The notes below the pieces were generated by a model that was not told the origin of the DNA, did not search any database, and saw only the letters and a program-made list of their open reading frames with translations. Shown piece after piece: positions 27,519-39,100 of a stretch of 64,000 nt of DNA. Location: IMG/VR virus record IMGVR_UViG_3300020477_000020, one strand, 5' to 3'. This stretch comes from an uncultured virus (IMG/VR IMGVR_UViG_3300020477_000020). Its lineage: Duplodnaviria > Heunggongvirae > Uroviricota > Caudoviricetes. The translations under genes were made by a program, and so were the position numbers. The stretch's first letter is position 1. The number at the start of each line of letters is the position of its first letter.

Positions 27519-28422
27519 CGTCTTTTGTATAAAGACGGTGCATAGAGATTATGGTGGTGGTCCAATACAAGATGAATTTGATAGTAATGAATTCTATCTT
27601 GACACACACGTAATGGAGCTAAAGAACCAGCTTGATCAACGCTTTAAACGTAATATCCGTTTCTTTTGTCTTACCAATGAATCAACAATATCTTCTCCTG
27701 ATGTCAACCTAATGGATGTGTCCAAATATGATATGTGGGGTTGGTGGAATAAGATGTTACTATTCAAGAAACCGTATACACAACCAGGACTAAACATTTA
27801 TATTGATCTTGATACAGTAATACAAAGAGACATAACAGATATTGTTCAGTATGCAGTACACGATAAACTAACAACAATATACTGCTACTTCAAACCAATA
27901 GATTGGGAGCGTCAAGCATATCCAGCATCTGGCTTTAATCCGTTCTTCAAGCACGTAACATTAATGAATAGCTCATTTATGATGTGGTATGATGATGAGT
28001 TAGAATTTATATGGAATCAGTTTAGACAAGATATGGATAAGCATATGGTTGTTTTAAGAGGCAACGATGAGTATCTAAATCTATATCACAAAGATATTCT
28101 AAACTTCTTTCCACGAGGAATCTTTTATAGTTTCTTCTATGGTGCTGAGGAAGGATCAGAGTTCTTTCCAAAAGACAAGGATGCATTTAAACAAAGACCA
28201 GAATACTTTGTCAGAATGCTAAATGGATACGGAAAAAAAAAGCATAGAGTTCATGCACACTTTGCAGAAAGTGGAGACCCAGTACCATTAGACTATAAGG
28301 TCAAATCAACTGTTGCTCGAGAACTTCGACAAATATTTGATGATGAAGGGATACGTACCGACGAAGATGGAAAGCCAATTGAACTTACTTACAATAAAGT
28401 GGGGCTCGAAGTTTCCACCTGA
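27502..28422 (+). CDS. putative GT-A glycosyltransferase (paralog 1; start revised)
   Basis: FFCLTN, WGWWNKMLLF, IYIDLDTVI (DxD), NSSFMMW, GNDEYL. Confidence 0.75.
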   Translation: MTDQINVFCIKTVHRDYGGGPIQDEFDSNEFYLDTHVMELKNQLDQRFKRNIRFFCLTNESTISSPDVNLMDVSKYDMWGWWNKMLLFKKPYTQPGLNIYIDLDTVIQRDITDIVQYAVHDKLTTIYCYFKPIDWERQAYPASGFNPFFKHVTLMNSSFMMWYDDELEFIWNQFRQDMDKHMVVLRGNDEYLNLYHKDILNFFPRGIFYSFFYGAEEGSEFFPKDKDAFKQRPEYFVRMLNGYGKKKHRVHAHFAESGDPVPLDYKVKSTVARELRQIFDDEGIRTDEDGKPIELTYNKVGLEVST

Positions 28423-29128
28423 ATATCCAAACCTAATACATCGTATGGCAAAAAGATGGATGCCTTGTGAGTTTAACTCATATTGTATGACTGATAATGG
28501 CAATGGTTTGGATGAAGATATAAGAGTCGTCGAAACAACAGAAAAGTGGTTGTGGGACGATATACTATCAATGGATCAGTGGTGGTTTTGGGATGCAATC
28601 AAAATGTCATTGTTTGCCCCTAAGTTATGTGGTATCGAGGGAAGAATATTGTTTTCTGATCTTGATAACTTATTCCATGGGCCGCTAGATAGAGTAGTAG
28701 AAACACCAACACCTGCAATCATTGGGACTAGATGGATGCCTCCATGGCAAGTTGGTATGCATGGTGGCAATTACTTTCTAACAATGTTGTTCAATGCAAG
28801 TTTGATATATGTTGATAACACACAACCTGTTACAAATGATATATGGAACCACTTTTGCAAACATTATACAAAAGCAAAGGCATCGTTGTATAGCTCAGAT
28901 GCATACTTATGGAGAGTATGGAGAAACACAATGCATACCTATCCACCCAAAACTGTATACTCATACAATAGAGGTGGAGATTATCCAGACAGCTTTAGTG
29001 TAGACCGCTATGCTAAATATATAAAACGAGATGATTATTCGGTATGTATTTTTATGGAGGACCATGAGCCTGATCCTCTTGATATAGAGGAAGGATGGGT
29101 AGCTGATATATGGAAGCAGTATCTATAG
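28367..29128 (+). CDS. putative GT-A glycosyltransferase (paralog 2; start revised)
   Basis: IKWGSKF..EY, YCMTDN, KMSLF, LFSDLDN (DxD), FNASLI, SSDAYLW. Confidence 0.75.
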   Translation: MESQLNLLTIKWGSKFPPEYPNLIHRMAKRWMPCEFNSYCMTDNGNGLDEDIRVVETTEKWLWDDILSMDQWWFWDAIKMSLFAPKLCGIEGRILFSDLDNLFHGPLDRVVETPTPAIIGTRWMPPWQVGMHGGNYFLTMLFNASLIYVDNTQPVTNDIWNHFCKHYTKAKASLYSSDAYLWRVWRNTMHTYPPKTVYSYNRGGDYPDSFSVDRYAKYIKRDDYSVCIFMEDHEPDPLDIEEGWVADIWKQYL

Positions 29129-29802
29129 ACGCTGTTTGTATGAAAGTTGGTATAGCTTATAAAGCTGAATTTGTCAACCAATTATATAAACAATTCTCAA
29201 AACATCACGTAGGTGACTTCTATTGCTATACTGATAATCCTCGTGGCATTAATCCAGAGGTTAAGTGTGTTACGTTTGAGCCACGTCATGATGAAAGAAT
29301 GTGGTGGAACAAAACATACCTTTGGCAGCCTGGCTTATTTAACAATCCAACAGTATTCTTTGATCTTGATTGCGTAATCCATAATCCAATTGACCAATTA
29401 GTTTATCGATCAAGCCATGATAAACCAAACTTTCTTAGAACGCATTGGTTTAGTGACGAGATGGCAAAGATAGTCCATAACTGTAATGTTAACTCATCTA
29501 TAATGGTTATACATCAAAACAACTACGAAGAGTTGTGGCACGAGTATAAAAGCAATATGGAAAAGATATTCAAGAGCTTTTATGGAATTGATGGATGGGT
29601 GTTCCGTAGACACTCAGACTTGGTAAACTTCTTACCTCCAAAACTAGCTTACAGTCTAAAGTATGGATCAATGTATCCAGATGATAGTGAGCAAGATGTT
29701 ATGAGAGATAGTAACCATGTTGTTTGTATTCTCGACAACGTACAAGACAAAGAAACAGTATTAAAGAAAATGTGGGGGTACGATGTTCCATCCAGTTCTT
29801 AA
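29110..29802 (+). CDS. putative GT-A glycosyltransferase (paralog 3)
   Basis: CMKVG..Y, YCYTDNP, WWNKTYLW, FFDLDCVI (DxD), NSSIMV, GIDGWV. Confidence 0.75.
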   Translation: MEAVSIDAVCMKVGIAYKAEFVNQLYKQFSKHHVGDFYCYTDNPRGINPEVKCVTFEPRHDERMWWNKTYLWQPGLFNNPTVFFDLDCVIHNPIDQLVYRSSHDKPNFLRTHWFSDEMAKIVHNCNVNSSIMVIHQNNYEELWHEYKSNMEKIFKSFYGIDGWVFRRHSDLVNFLPPKLAYSLKYGSMYPDDSEQDVMRDSNHVVCILDNVQDKETVLKKMWGYDVPSSS

Positions 29803-30412
29803 CCAGATTTATAGATTATATCATAAAGGAATGGTGTATGTCAACCATAATCATGTATATAAGTTTAAAGATTATTCTGAGTGTATATTTGAAACCCAGA
29901 TCCAAAGTAAGAACTGGCTTGGTGAAAGACTTAGAGGAGTTGTGGAGCACAACAAGATAGATATCCAAGAGATTGATATAGCGGCTAGCTGGTATGGTAT
30001 TGTCATAGTACCATTTCTTAAATATTATTTGGGCACACACATTAAGTTTAACTTATATGATGTAGATTGGTACACTACTGAGATAGCAAGCCACATCTTT
30101 GATGACGATGATTTAGTTACTGTTAAAACTAACGATGTGGTATTTGATGATATTGACTTTACTGGTGATACGTTTATAAATTGTTCTTGTGAACATATGT
30201 TTGATATGAAAGAGTTAACATCAATGAACACAGATAAGAAAGTGTTTGCATTCCAAAGCAATGATAATAGAAATGTTCAATGGATGCACATCAATTGTGT
30301 TGATACACCAGAAGAACTAGCAAAGCAAGCTGGACTAAAAAGAATATATGATACTGGTGTTAGAGAGATACTTCGAAATAAAAGAATAATGGTTATAGGT
30401 GCTATGCAATGA
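29783..30412 (+). CDS. putative class I SAM-dependent methyltransferase-like protein
   Basis: QIQSKNWL, IAASWYG (degenerate motif I), LYDVD, FINCSCEHM. Confidence 0.55.
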   Translation: MFHPVLNQIYRLYHKGMVYVNHNHVYKFKDYSECIFETQIQSKNWLGERLRGVVEHNKIDIQEIDIAASWYGIVIVPFLKYYLGTHIKFNLYDVDWYTTEIASHIFDDDDLVTVKTNDVVFDDIDFTGDTFINCSCEHMFDMKELTSMNTDKKVFAFQSNDNRNVQWMHINCVDTPEELAKQAGLKRIYDTGVREILRNKRIMVIGAMQ

Positions 30413-30825
30413 CTTATTCATTAGAGCCTAAGATGGATAGCCAGGTATATGGTTTCTTCATCTTATTATATACACAACAATTATTTGGTCGATTCTTCAA
30501 TATGGAAGCTGAGAAGGAATGGAAACACATTCAACCAATATTGGAAAAACTAGAAGCAGCGTTACATGAGGATGTTAGGCTTAGAGCTATAAAGAGATGT
30601 ATACATTATAAAGGTTGGGGAATGGTTGATTACAACGATATCAATGACATATGGTATGTGTTGTATTGCATTGCAAACTATAGAGTTGATGGCATTAACT
30701 TTGCTCGAGGAGGTGCTATTGACGATGCACCACATTGGGAGCAGTTATTGTATTACACATTAGTTAATATAGCTAACAAGTCACACAAATACTATCAAGA
30801 AGGTGGTAGAGGTAGGTTTGTTTAA
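30409..30825 (+). CDS. hypothetical protein (138 aa)
   Basis: ATGA-coupled; its stop overlaps the stop of the convergent gene (TTAA 30822-30825). Confidence 0.6.
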   Translation: MTYSLEPKMDSQVYGFFILLYTQQLFGRFFNMEAEKEWKHIQPILEKLEAALHEDVRLRAIKRCIHYKGWGMVDYNDINDIWYVLYCIANYRVDGINFARGGAIDDAPHWEQLLYYTLVNIANKSHKYYQEGGRGRFV

Positions 30826-31610
30826 CCTTTTACATACTTAGCATGCATCTCTTCACTGTATGGAGCAAGTGGCCACACATCTTGTGATCCTGCAATCTCT
30901 TCAACCATATCTCTCCACAACACCTCTTCATATACAACATAACCCAACGTCATTCTAGGTGCACTAGCATAGGCTGAATGCCAAACAATCTTTTCATGTT
31001 CCTCTTTGCGTCCATAATAACCAACCTTACAAGACCAGCCATGTGGATCAGGTATATGCATTAACTTGCTGTGACCATCTCCCTCATTAATTTTATTTGG
31101 TAGTGGTGAATCTGAACCGGTTGGATCAATATGCCTCCAATAACCATCACCATCCTCTCCTGAGTTGTATGTAAATAAAATGTTGTAACTTGGTACGTTC
31201 CAATTTGTATGCCAAGCAATATATCCATCAGCTGGATACCACATTTTTAGAGCACAAAATCTTGTACCCAAATAAGCACCGAGTGTTTCATCTAACTCGT
31301 TGCTCTTCTCTATCAAAGGCTTAGCATCTTTACGACTAATCATATTTCTTTCAAGCCACTTACCAATCTGGTTAAAATCATAACCATAACTGTCCGGTGG
31401 AAATCCATCATGCTCCATGTGATCCATGGACCTAAGACATTCTATACTTGTTGCATGTTTTGATCTATTCTCCCTAAAAAACTTACCGCCTTTGTCTCTG
31501 TATGTACCATTTGGACCAAAAGTTTCTTCCAGGTTTAGGCTCCATACAAAATCTTTCCAGCTATCTAAGTACGTCAAAATCTCCGATTGTATTTCGTATA
31601 TCGGGGTCAT
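30822..31610 (-). CDS. putative cupin / Fe-dependent oxygenase-like protein
   Basis: WYPADGYIAWHTN...ILFTY...WHSA....RMTLGY; His/His/Arg spacing resembles DSBH oxygenases, but HxN rather than HxD. Confidence 0.5.
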   Translation of the reverse strand: MTPIYEIQSEILTYLDSWKDFVWSLNLEETFGPNGTYRDKGGKFFRENRSKHATSIECLRSMDHMEHDGFPPDSYGYDFNQIGKWLERNMISRKDAKPLIEKSNELDETLGAYLGTRFCALKMWYPADGYIAWHTNWNVPSYNILFTYNSGEDGDGYWRHIDPTGSDSPLPNKINEGDGHSKLMHIPDPHGWSCKVGYYGRKEEHEKIVWHSAYASAPRMTLGYVVYEEVLWRDMVEEIAGSQDVWPLAPYSEEMHAKYVKG

Positions 31611-32442
31611 CCAATATCTCCTTATCTATCATCTCGTTTGGAATTGTGTAATGAAACATGATGTGACCATCTTCGTCCTTTTCCCAATCCCTATATCCTC
31701 TTACAAAGTTCCACTTTGGATGAATCTCCTTAATCTTAACCTCATAGTTAACCTCAAAATTAGTTCTCCAAAACGCAAACGTATCCCAAAACCACAACGA
31801 CTTAGGATAGTTAAATATCTTTTCCCATCCTTTCTTATTTTCAATTTGTATACGGTAGTTTTGATACCACATATTCAACATCTTTAGCGTGTGTGGCTTA
31901 TTATTATATATGAACATCCCACAATGCCATCTCATACGATACACTCCACTATTAGCTGTAGGCTCCCATTTGTGTACAGCATATAGTGGTTTGCCATTCT
32001 CTTCGTCACCATTCTCCCAGATAAGAGGTTTGTGCTCTTTATCGTAGTGACGCAATTCCTCCTCGTTTGTGAAGTATACAACCTTAGCATTGTATGGTCT
32101 ATTTTCTGTCATGACCATATCATAGTTATCAGGTAGCTCTTCGAATAAGTCTTTTATTCTCTCAGACTCACAATAAGTATCAGCATCCATATATGCAGTT
32201 TTAATGTATGGTGTTTGATCTAATGCCCACAGCTTAGCCCGACAATGTACCGGAACATCTGTTATAACATTTTGAAAGATGCTTCTGCATCTATCATCAA
32301 CCCATTTATCGTGAGTGAACAATGTAAGGTTAGCTTCTGGCCAGTAGTCTTTGATTGACTCACCTGACATTACTGCCGCATCATAGTAAACTTTACTTAG
32401 TGATCCAACATATAGAAAGCCGTTATTGTGCCTTTCCATCAA
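31561..32442 (-). CDS. putative nucleotide-diphospho-sugar transferase (GT-A)
   Basis: GFLYV, RAKLWALDQTPYIKTAYMDADT (DxD), CGMFIY, WDTFAFW, WNF. Confidence 0.75.
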   Translation of the reverse strand: MMERHNNGFLYVGSLSKVYYDAAVMSGESIKDYWPEANLTLFTHDKWVDDRCRSIFQNVITDVPVHCRAKLWALDQTPYIKTAYMDADTYCESERIKDLFEELPDNYDMVMTENRPYNAKVVYFTNEEELRHYDKEHKPLIWENGDEENGKPLYAVHKWEPTANSGVYRMRWHCGMFIYNNKPHTLKMLNMWYQNYRIQIENKKGWEKIFNYPKSLWFWDTFAFWRTNFEVNYEVKIKEIHPKWNFVRGYRDWEKDEDGHIMFHYTIPNEMIDKEILDDPDIRNTIGDFDVLR

Positions 32443-33160
32443 TATACTCCAAAGCTATTAATGCACCAACAGTAGCATTGACTTCCATAGTAGTCTTTGC
32501 TTTACGAATATTAGATTTCAGCTCTCTGTGTTTACTATTAGTAACAGCTGGAATCTCAAATGCTGATAACTTAGCTTGGAACAATTCTTCTTGTTTACCT
32601 TTACGTTCACGCTCTTTCATTTCCTCTTCTTCTTTTTCTCGGAAACGATTAATTTTGCTGATCTCACGTTGAGTATTCTCACCCAACTGATCTTCAGTAA
32701 AGGTTCTACGAATCCAATGCCAGGCACCTTCGTGGATTGGATTCTTATCAATAGAATGATCTGACACCTTATCATCAGGCATTCTCAGAAAGAACTTAAT
32801 TACGTCCCTTCTATCATTTGCATAAAATGCATATATTAATTGAGCATCACCAAACGGATACTCATGATCTTTTTGGGGATCCTGTTCAACTGGCGTTTCT
32901 GCCATTTCGGTCTCCTTCTTACTATCAACCGGAAAATGCGTCCAATAGTTTGTCTCAAGATCAGGAGGAGCTCTATGTAAACCTAACCGATCTTTACGTT
33001 CATCGGCTTCAGGCTCCTCTGCTTTGACCTGATCAGCCAAAGCGTCCTCATCGTGAGGTGCTTCGTAATCGACTTCACCTTCCGGAATTCTTTTATCAAT
33101 TTCTCTATTAACAAGCTCTGCCTCAGAGCTGGCGGGTTCAACTTCTGCCATAATAATCAC
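32423..33160 (-). CDS. hypothetical protein (245 aa), possible fibre-assembly chaperone
   Basis: Directly downstream of the giant fibre-like gene; acidic N-terminus, helical C-terminus LKSNIRKAKTTMEV. Confidence 0.55.
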   Translation of the reverse strand: MIIMAEVEPASSEAELVNREIDKRIPEGEVDYEAPHDEDALADQVKAEEPEADERKDRLGLHRAPPDLETNYWTHFPVDSKKETEMAETPVEQDPQKDHEYPFGDAQLIYAFYANDRRDVIKFFLRMPDDKVSDHSIDKNPIHEGAWHWIRRTFTEDQLGENTQREISKINRFREKEEEEMKERERKGKQEELFQAKLSAFEIPAVTNSKHRELKSNIRKAKTTMEVNATVGALIALEYIDGKAQ

Positions 33161-33180
33161 CTTTCAAATTCTGACAATAA

Positions 33181-33187
33181 TATTTAG
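33181..33187 (-). promoter_or_regulatory. late promoter variant (CTAAATA)
   Basis: CTAAATA overlapping the stop of the 3100-aa gene, about 20 nt upstream of the 245-aa gene. Confidence 0.5.
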
Positions 33188-36100
33188 GTTACGTATTTAA
33201 ACTGAGGATCCCCTAATACGTTACCTGTATGGATGAACGTCACGAAGTTAGCATTATACCCCTTAATGGCGGCTCCAGGCAACCCTCCATCTCCAGATTG
33301 AGCATATCTAGTCTTTCGTTGGTAATGTTCACCACCACCACTACCCATGTTACCAAGGTTACCACCAATACCACCATTGACCTTGGTATGTCCAAATTCA
33401 ATCTTTGGTTTACCCATCTTACCACCATTGAGTAATCCACCATCACCTGGCTCAATATGGAGATGAGCTACAGGTGCTCCTGTTGTACCCGTTCTACCAA
33501 CTTGGAAACCAGCACCACCAGATCCAGCAGTACCAGATGTTTCAACAACACCAAGATATGATACGGTAATATCACCTTGGTAAGCTGTACCTTGATAATC
33601 CTTTGCATAACTACCAGCAAACTGTTTTTCGTATGTGGTTAAGTATGATGAAGCATCAGCATACTCTCTTGCCCAATCTTTACTGTAGTTAGTAGTAAAG
33701 TTAGTAACAAAATCTTTATTGTAATCAATTGTTCCTGTGTATGAAGCATACAATCGAGAGAAACCACCGTAGAATATTTCAACATAATTACCAACATACA
33801 ATTGACCTTGGAATGAAGTGTCAAATGTTCCTCTGTATGCACCCAACCAGTTTCTGGCATATGAACCATAAAACAGCTCATCGTTATAAGTTGCAGTAAC
33901 TTGATACGTCCGAGCAAAGATCTTCTGCCAATCTTTAGTGTAAGTGGCCACCCAGTTTTTAGAATACGTAGCACCCCAAGCCTTTGTGAAGGCGCCTACT
34001 GATGTGATAGCATAGTCTTTGGCATACGTCTTAGTCCAATCTGTAAATCCACTAAACGCTTGAGCATCATATCCTCTAGCATACTCATCATTGAATGTTG
34101 TACTAAACGTCTGCGTATATGAATCACCAAATCCAGCCTGGAACCTTCCTTGTTGATATGCAACCGACACATAATTTCTACCTTCGAAGTTACCAGCCCC
34201 ACCTTGATATGTTGTTGCTGTATTACCTTCGTAAGTTGTTTGGATTGCTCCGTATGATTCGAAACCTGTTGCACCCACCCAATCTTTTAAGAATGTTCCA
34301 CTAGAACCAACATAAGCTGCAGTAAAGGTTGGCAGACCTTCAAATCCTGTGTTAATGTATGCTCCTGGATATCCACGTTGCCATGAGCTATCCCAGTTTT
34401 GGTTGGCATAAAGTTTCTCAAACACACCATAATTTTTGACATATGTACCAGTCCACGAACCAATAAATGCCTTTATGTATTCTAGTGGCAAGAAGCTGGT
34501 TTGATATGTACCCTCAAATGTACCTAACGTATAGCTTGCTACAGACTCTCTTCCGTACGTCTTGAGCCATGAATTAGTAAATGTAATGTTCCAATTTTTG
34601 GTAAACGCACCTGTAAATGTAGAACCAACAAACTCATTTGTAAAGTCTTTGATATATGCACCACTGTAATTAACATTATAGTCTTTACCAAACTCACCAG
34701 CAAACAATTGACCATAGAACGCTGCGTATGTTGCTGAATAATCTGTAGCACCACCAGCAGCATAATTAACAACAGACGAACCAAAGTTAACATTAAACTC
34801 TTTAGCCCACTGCTTAGACCAATCACCTGCAAACTGTGTTTCTTGTGTTCTATATACAGCAAAGCTAGAGTATGTCTTACCAAATGCTGTTCCATCAAAG
34901 CTAGCTCTTTGATATGAAACAAATGATCTTACAGAGCTATACGTACCTGTCCAATCCTTGACAAATGTTCCAGTTACATCCCAATCTTTACTATATGCAG
35001 CCCCTTCCCATGACTTAGCATAGTTCTTAATATACGAAGCTGTCCAGTCTTTAGTAAAGGGACCCGTCGAACCAGTATAACGTGTGCCAGGACCATGCCA
35101 ACTCTTAGTGTATTGTGCTGCATAGTTTTTAAGTTCTTCAACGTTACCAGTATATTCCTTGGTGTAAGCACGTGATTCGTGTGCTTGCCAACCTTTAGTA
35201 AATGATCGGAAATCTCCAGTGGAATCATCTTCGAAAACGTAAGTTCTCGGATAGAAGACAGCACTTGTTCCATGATACGTCTTTGTAAATACTGTTTCAA
35301 CATCTTTAAGACCAGTCCAAATCTTTTCATATGTTTTTTCGAACATATCGACATACGGACTACCGCTCCAGAATAGATCCACTTCTGGTGAAGTACGTTC
35401 TTGTCGATATGGACCACTGAAACCACTTATTGTGTATCCTCTTACAGCACCAGTTAGATCATTTGTGAATGATCCATCATAACTAGCCGACCAAACCTTT
35501 TCATAAGTCTTTGCATACGTTGCTGTAAAGTTTCCAGTGTAGGAAGCAACAGAGTCACTATCAACATACGTATGTGCGTAAGAATCACCATCAAATGCTA
35601 ATGTGGTAAATATGTTACTGAACGAACCAGCAAACGCTTGTCTGCTGTAAGATTCAACAAACGTTGGTGCATAAATTTTCTGGTAATCTAAGGCACCACT
35701 AAATCCTGCTGTAGCATTGAAATCTGAAGAGGCTCCGGAGTATGTGACAAACCCAGAAGCCACAACACCACCAAACAACTTAGAGTATGATTTAGTGTAT
35801 GTTCCAATATATTGCTCTTGAAAGTTTCCAGTAAATCCATCTGTTCTTATAAACGATGATTCATATGCCTTATCAAATGATGAACTAATTGTTGTTGGCT
35901 CATATGCTCTTGAATATTCTACAGTAAAGTTTGTTTCGTAGTTAACTGTACCAGTGCCAGTAAATGAACCTGTTGTTCCTACAAACGTTGATATTCCTGT
36001 TGAAGCAAAGTCTTTGGCAAAATTAGTACCCCAAGTTGCAGTGTATGTTGGTACGTAGTTTTTACCATACTCACCAACAAATGAACCGGTATAAATTTGA

Positions 36101-39100
36101 CTATATGCACCAGTAAAGTTAACAGCAGTCACTCGAGTAAACTGTGTGCCTTCAAATGATCTTTGATAACCTTTTACAAATGAGTCTGAATAGGTTGTTG
36201 CAAATACATCACCCGTTCCTGATCCAACAAAGTGCTTAACAAAGTTGGTTGCTGCACCAGCAAACCCAACATAAGACTCACCATCAACATCTCTTACAAA
36301 TGATGCTGCACCACCAAAATCTTTTTGGTAATCTTTTTGATAGTCACCAACATAATTTAAGAAACTACCTCTATATGCTGCCTCAGCACCGGTAAATGCT
36401 CCAACAAACGCACCAGTAAATCCAGCCGATCTCTCATATGTTATGTCAAAATTCTTTTGCCAGTTTCTAATATATGTTTGTGCAGTACCGGTATATGTAC
36501 CACCAACAAAGCTACCGATGTATGGTTCTAATCCTGAAAAACCACCAAAGAATAACAACTTATTAAATGCTGTACCAACAGGAGACCATGCACCTGGTGT
36601 GTTACTATCACCACCATAGAATATTGGAGCATTACCACCCTGATATGTGGTTCCAGTTGAACCAACAAAACTTCCACCGGAGTATGCTTTGCTGTAATCT
36701 CTAACAAACGATCCACCAAATCCACCAACAAACGCAGCACCAAAGCCAGCAGTTCTTTCAAACGATGTCCGTAAGAAAGCTCTATCACCTTCAAAGGTTC
36801 CTGAATAATTTACAGCATAATCTCTAGCAAAGTCGACATTGCCTGTTGTACCTTGATACGATGGACCTGTATATGTCTTAGTATAAGTACCGGTTGGTGT
36901 TGAATATGGATCGGTAATTCCACCGGCTCCACCACCGCCTCCACCACCACCGATGATTCCATAATTTTCTATAAATAGCTCGACAGTGTTGGCTGTCTTG
37001 ATAGCATTACCACCGTCCGTACCAGACAGCCCAACACCTCGAGCAGCAGTAAAGGCATTACCACCTGTACCGCCCTTGCCGATAACATAACCCGAAGGTT
37101 TAACTACTATCTTGACAAGATGTGAAATTTCTGATTGAACAGATCCAACAACATTAACAGTTGGCTTAACCATTGTACTCAAGTCAATTGAAGCCTCACT
37201 ATCATCTTGTGAACCAAAGATGAAGTTCTTAGATGTTACATCATCTTCACCTACTGTAATTGTTACAAGATGCGGAATGTTGTCTGGATCATCTCCACGA
37301 TCAACTAGGTAGTTTCTCAAGTTCAAGTTATTAACAAAGTATGTTACTTTACCATCAATTGTAGTTGCACCACGACCCAAACCAGCAGCTGATTGTGCAA
37401 TAATTCCTGTTGACTCATTGCTGTTTAAATTAATGTTGACGTGTTTATAACCAATGTGGAATGCTTTCCACTCACTACCAGTCTTAACAAAACCAGTTCT
37501 AACTTCTTTAAATGCATTGTTTTGTACAACATGAAGTTTCTTAATAACTTCCCAGTTATCTTCATATTTAATTTGTACTCTTGGAGCATCAGTTGACATT
37601 TCACCTGTCGTAGGACCAACAAACGACGTCGTACCACTATATGGTGTATGTGTATCCAACGTGCCTTTATAACCTTGAGCAAAGTCTTGATCACCAGTGT
37701 ATGTTGGTGTAAATGGTTTCTGTCTAGTTACTTCGTATGATGCAACACCAGAATATGCTGCAGTCCAACTAACTGGTCCAGCATAATCTTTAGTATATTC
37801 TTTAACCCAATTCTTTTGATATGTACCAACATAATCTTTATCGTATGTGGTAATATAATCTTTAACCCAGTTTTTAGTATACGTTTTAACCCAATTTTTG
37901 TCATACGATCCAACATAGTCTTTCTCCCAGTTTTTCAACCAGGCCTTGACATAATCTGTACTCCAATCACCTGGAACAGATCCAATATATGCTCCAACAT
38001 AATCTTTACTGTATGTTGTAGTATAAGTCTTGACGTATGCCTTGACCCAACTCTTCTCCCAAGTTTTTGTGAAGTCTACGTTTCTTGCACCTCGAGGACC
38101 AGCATAGAATACACCACCTGAGTTTTGATATGAACCCCAGTTAACAGCAGATGTATAAATTTTTGTATACAATGCAGCATATGATTTCTCATATGTCTTG
38201 TTCCAATCTTTTGTCCAGAGCTTAGTGTAAGTACCTTCGAAGGTACCAAGAACATCACCCTGCCAAACCTTATCGTATGTTGTTGTATATGTCTTGACAT
38301 AGTTTGCAACATAATCTTTATTGTAATCTACAACCCAATTTTTAGTGTATGTCTTAACGTAATCTTTTTGCCATTCTTTGGTATACGTCTTAACCCAGTT
38401 CTTATCATATGCTGCTACATAATCTTTATTGTAGTCTGTAACCCAGTTTTTGATATACGTTCCAACATAGATTTGATCGTAGTCTTTGACCCAGTTCTTA
38501 TCATATGCTGCTGTGTAATCTTTATTCCAATCTTTGGTATATGTTTTGACCCAATCCTTATCATACGCAGCTACCCATGACTTGGTATAATCAACACCTT
38601 CAGCATACGTCTTAGTATACACAGCATCATAGTTTTTGGTGTATACCTTCTCGTAATTGGTTTCGTAATTCTTAACCCATGCAGCTGTCCAAACTTTGGT
38701 ATACGCAGCTGACCAAGCCTTTTCGTAGGTTGTTGTGTATTCCTTAACATAATTCTTTTCCCAAGCAGCTCCATAGGCACCTTCGTATGTTTTCTCCCAA
38801 ACCTTTGTATAGTCTTTGGCCCAGATTTTAGTATATACTGCATCATAGTTTGCAACATAATCTTTATTATAGTCAGCAACGTAATCTTTTTCCCAAGCCT
38901 TTGTCCAAATTTTGGTATAGTCTTTATTCCAATCCTTGTTATATACCGCATCGTAAGTTTTGTTATACAACGCAGTCCAAACCTTACCCCAATCTTTGGA
39001 GTATGTTTTGGTCCAAATTTTTGTGTAGACTTTAGTATAATCTTTGTCAAAGTTTTTGGTGTATGCTTTTTCCCAAAGTTTATCATATGCTGTTGCCAAC

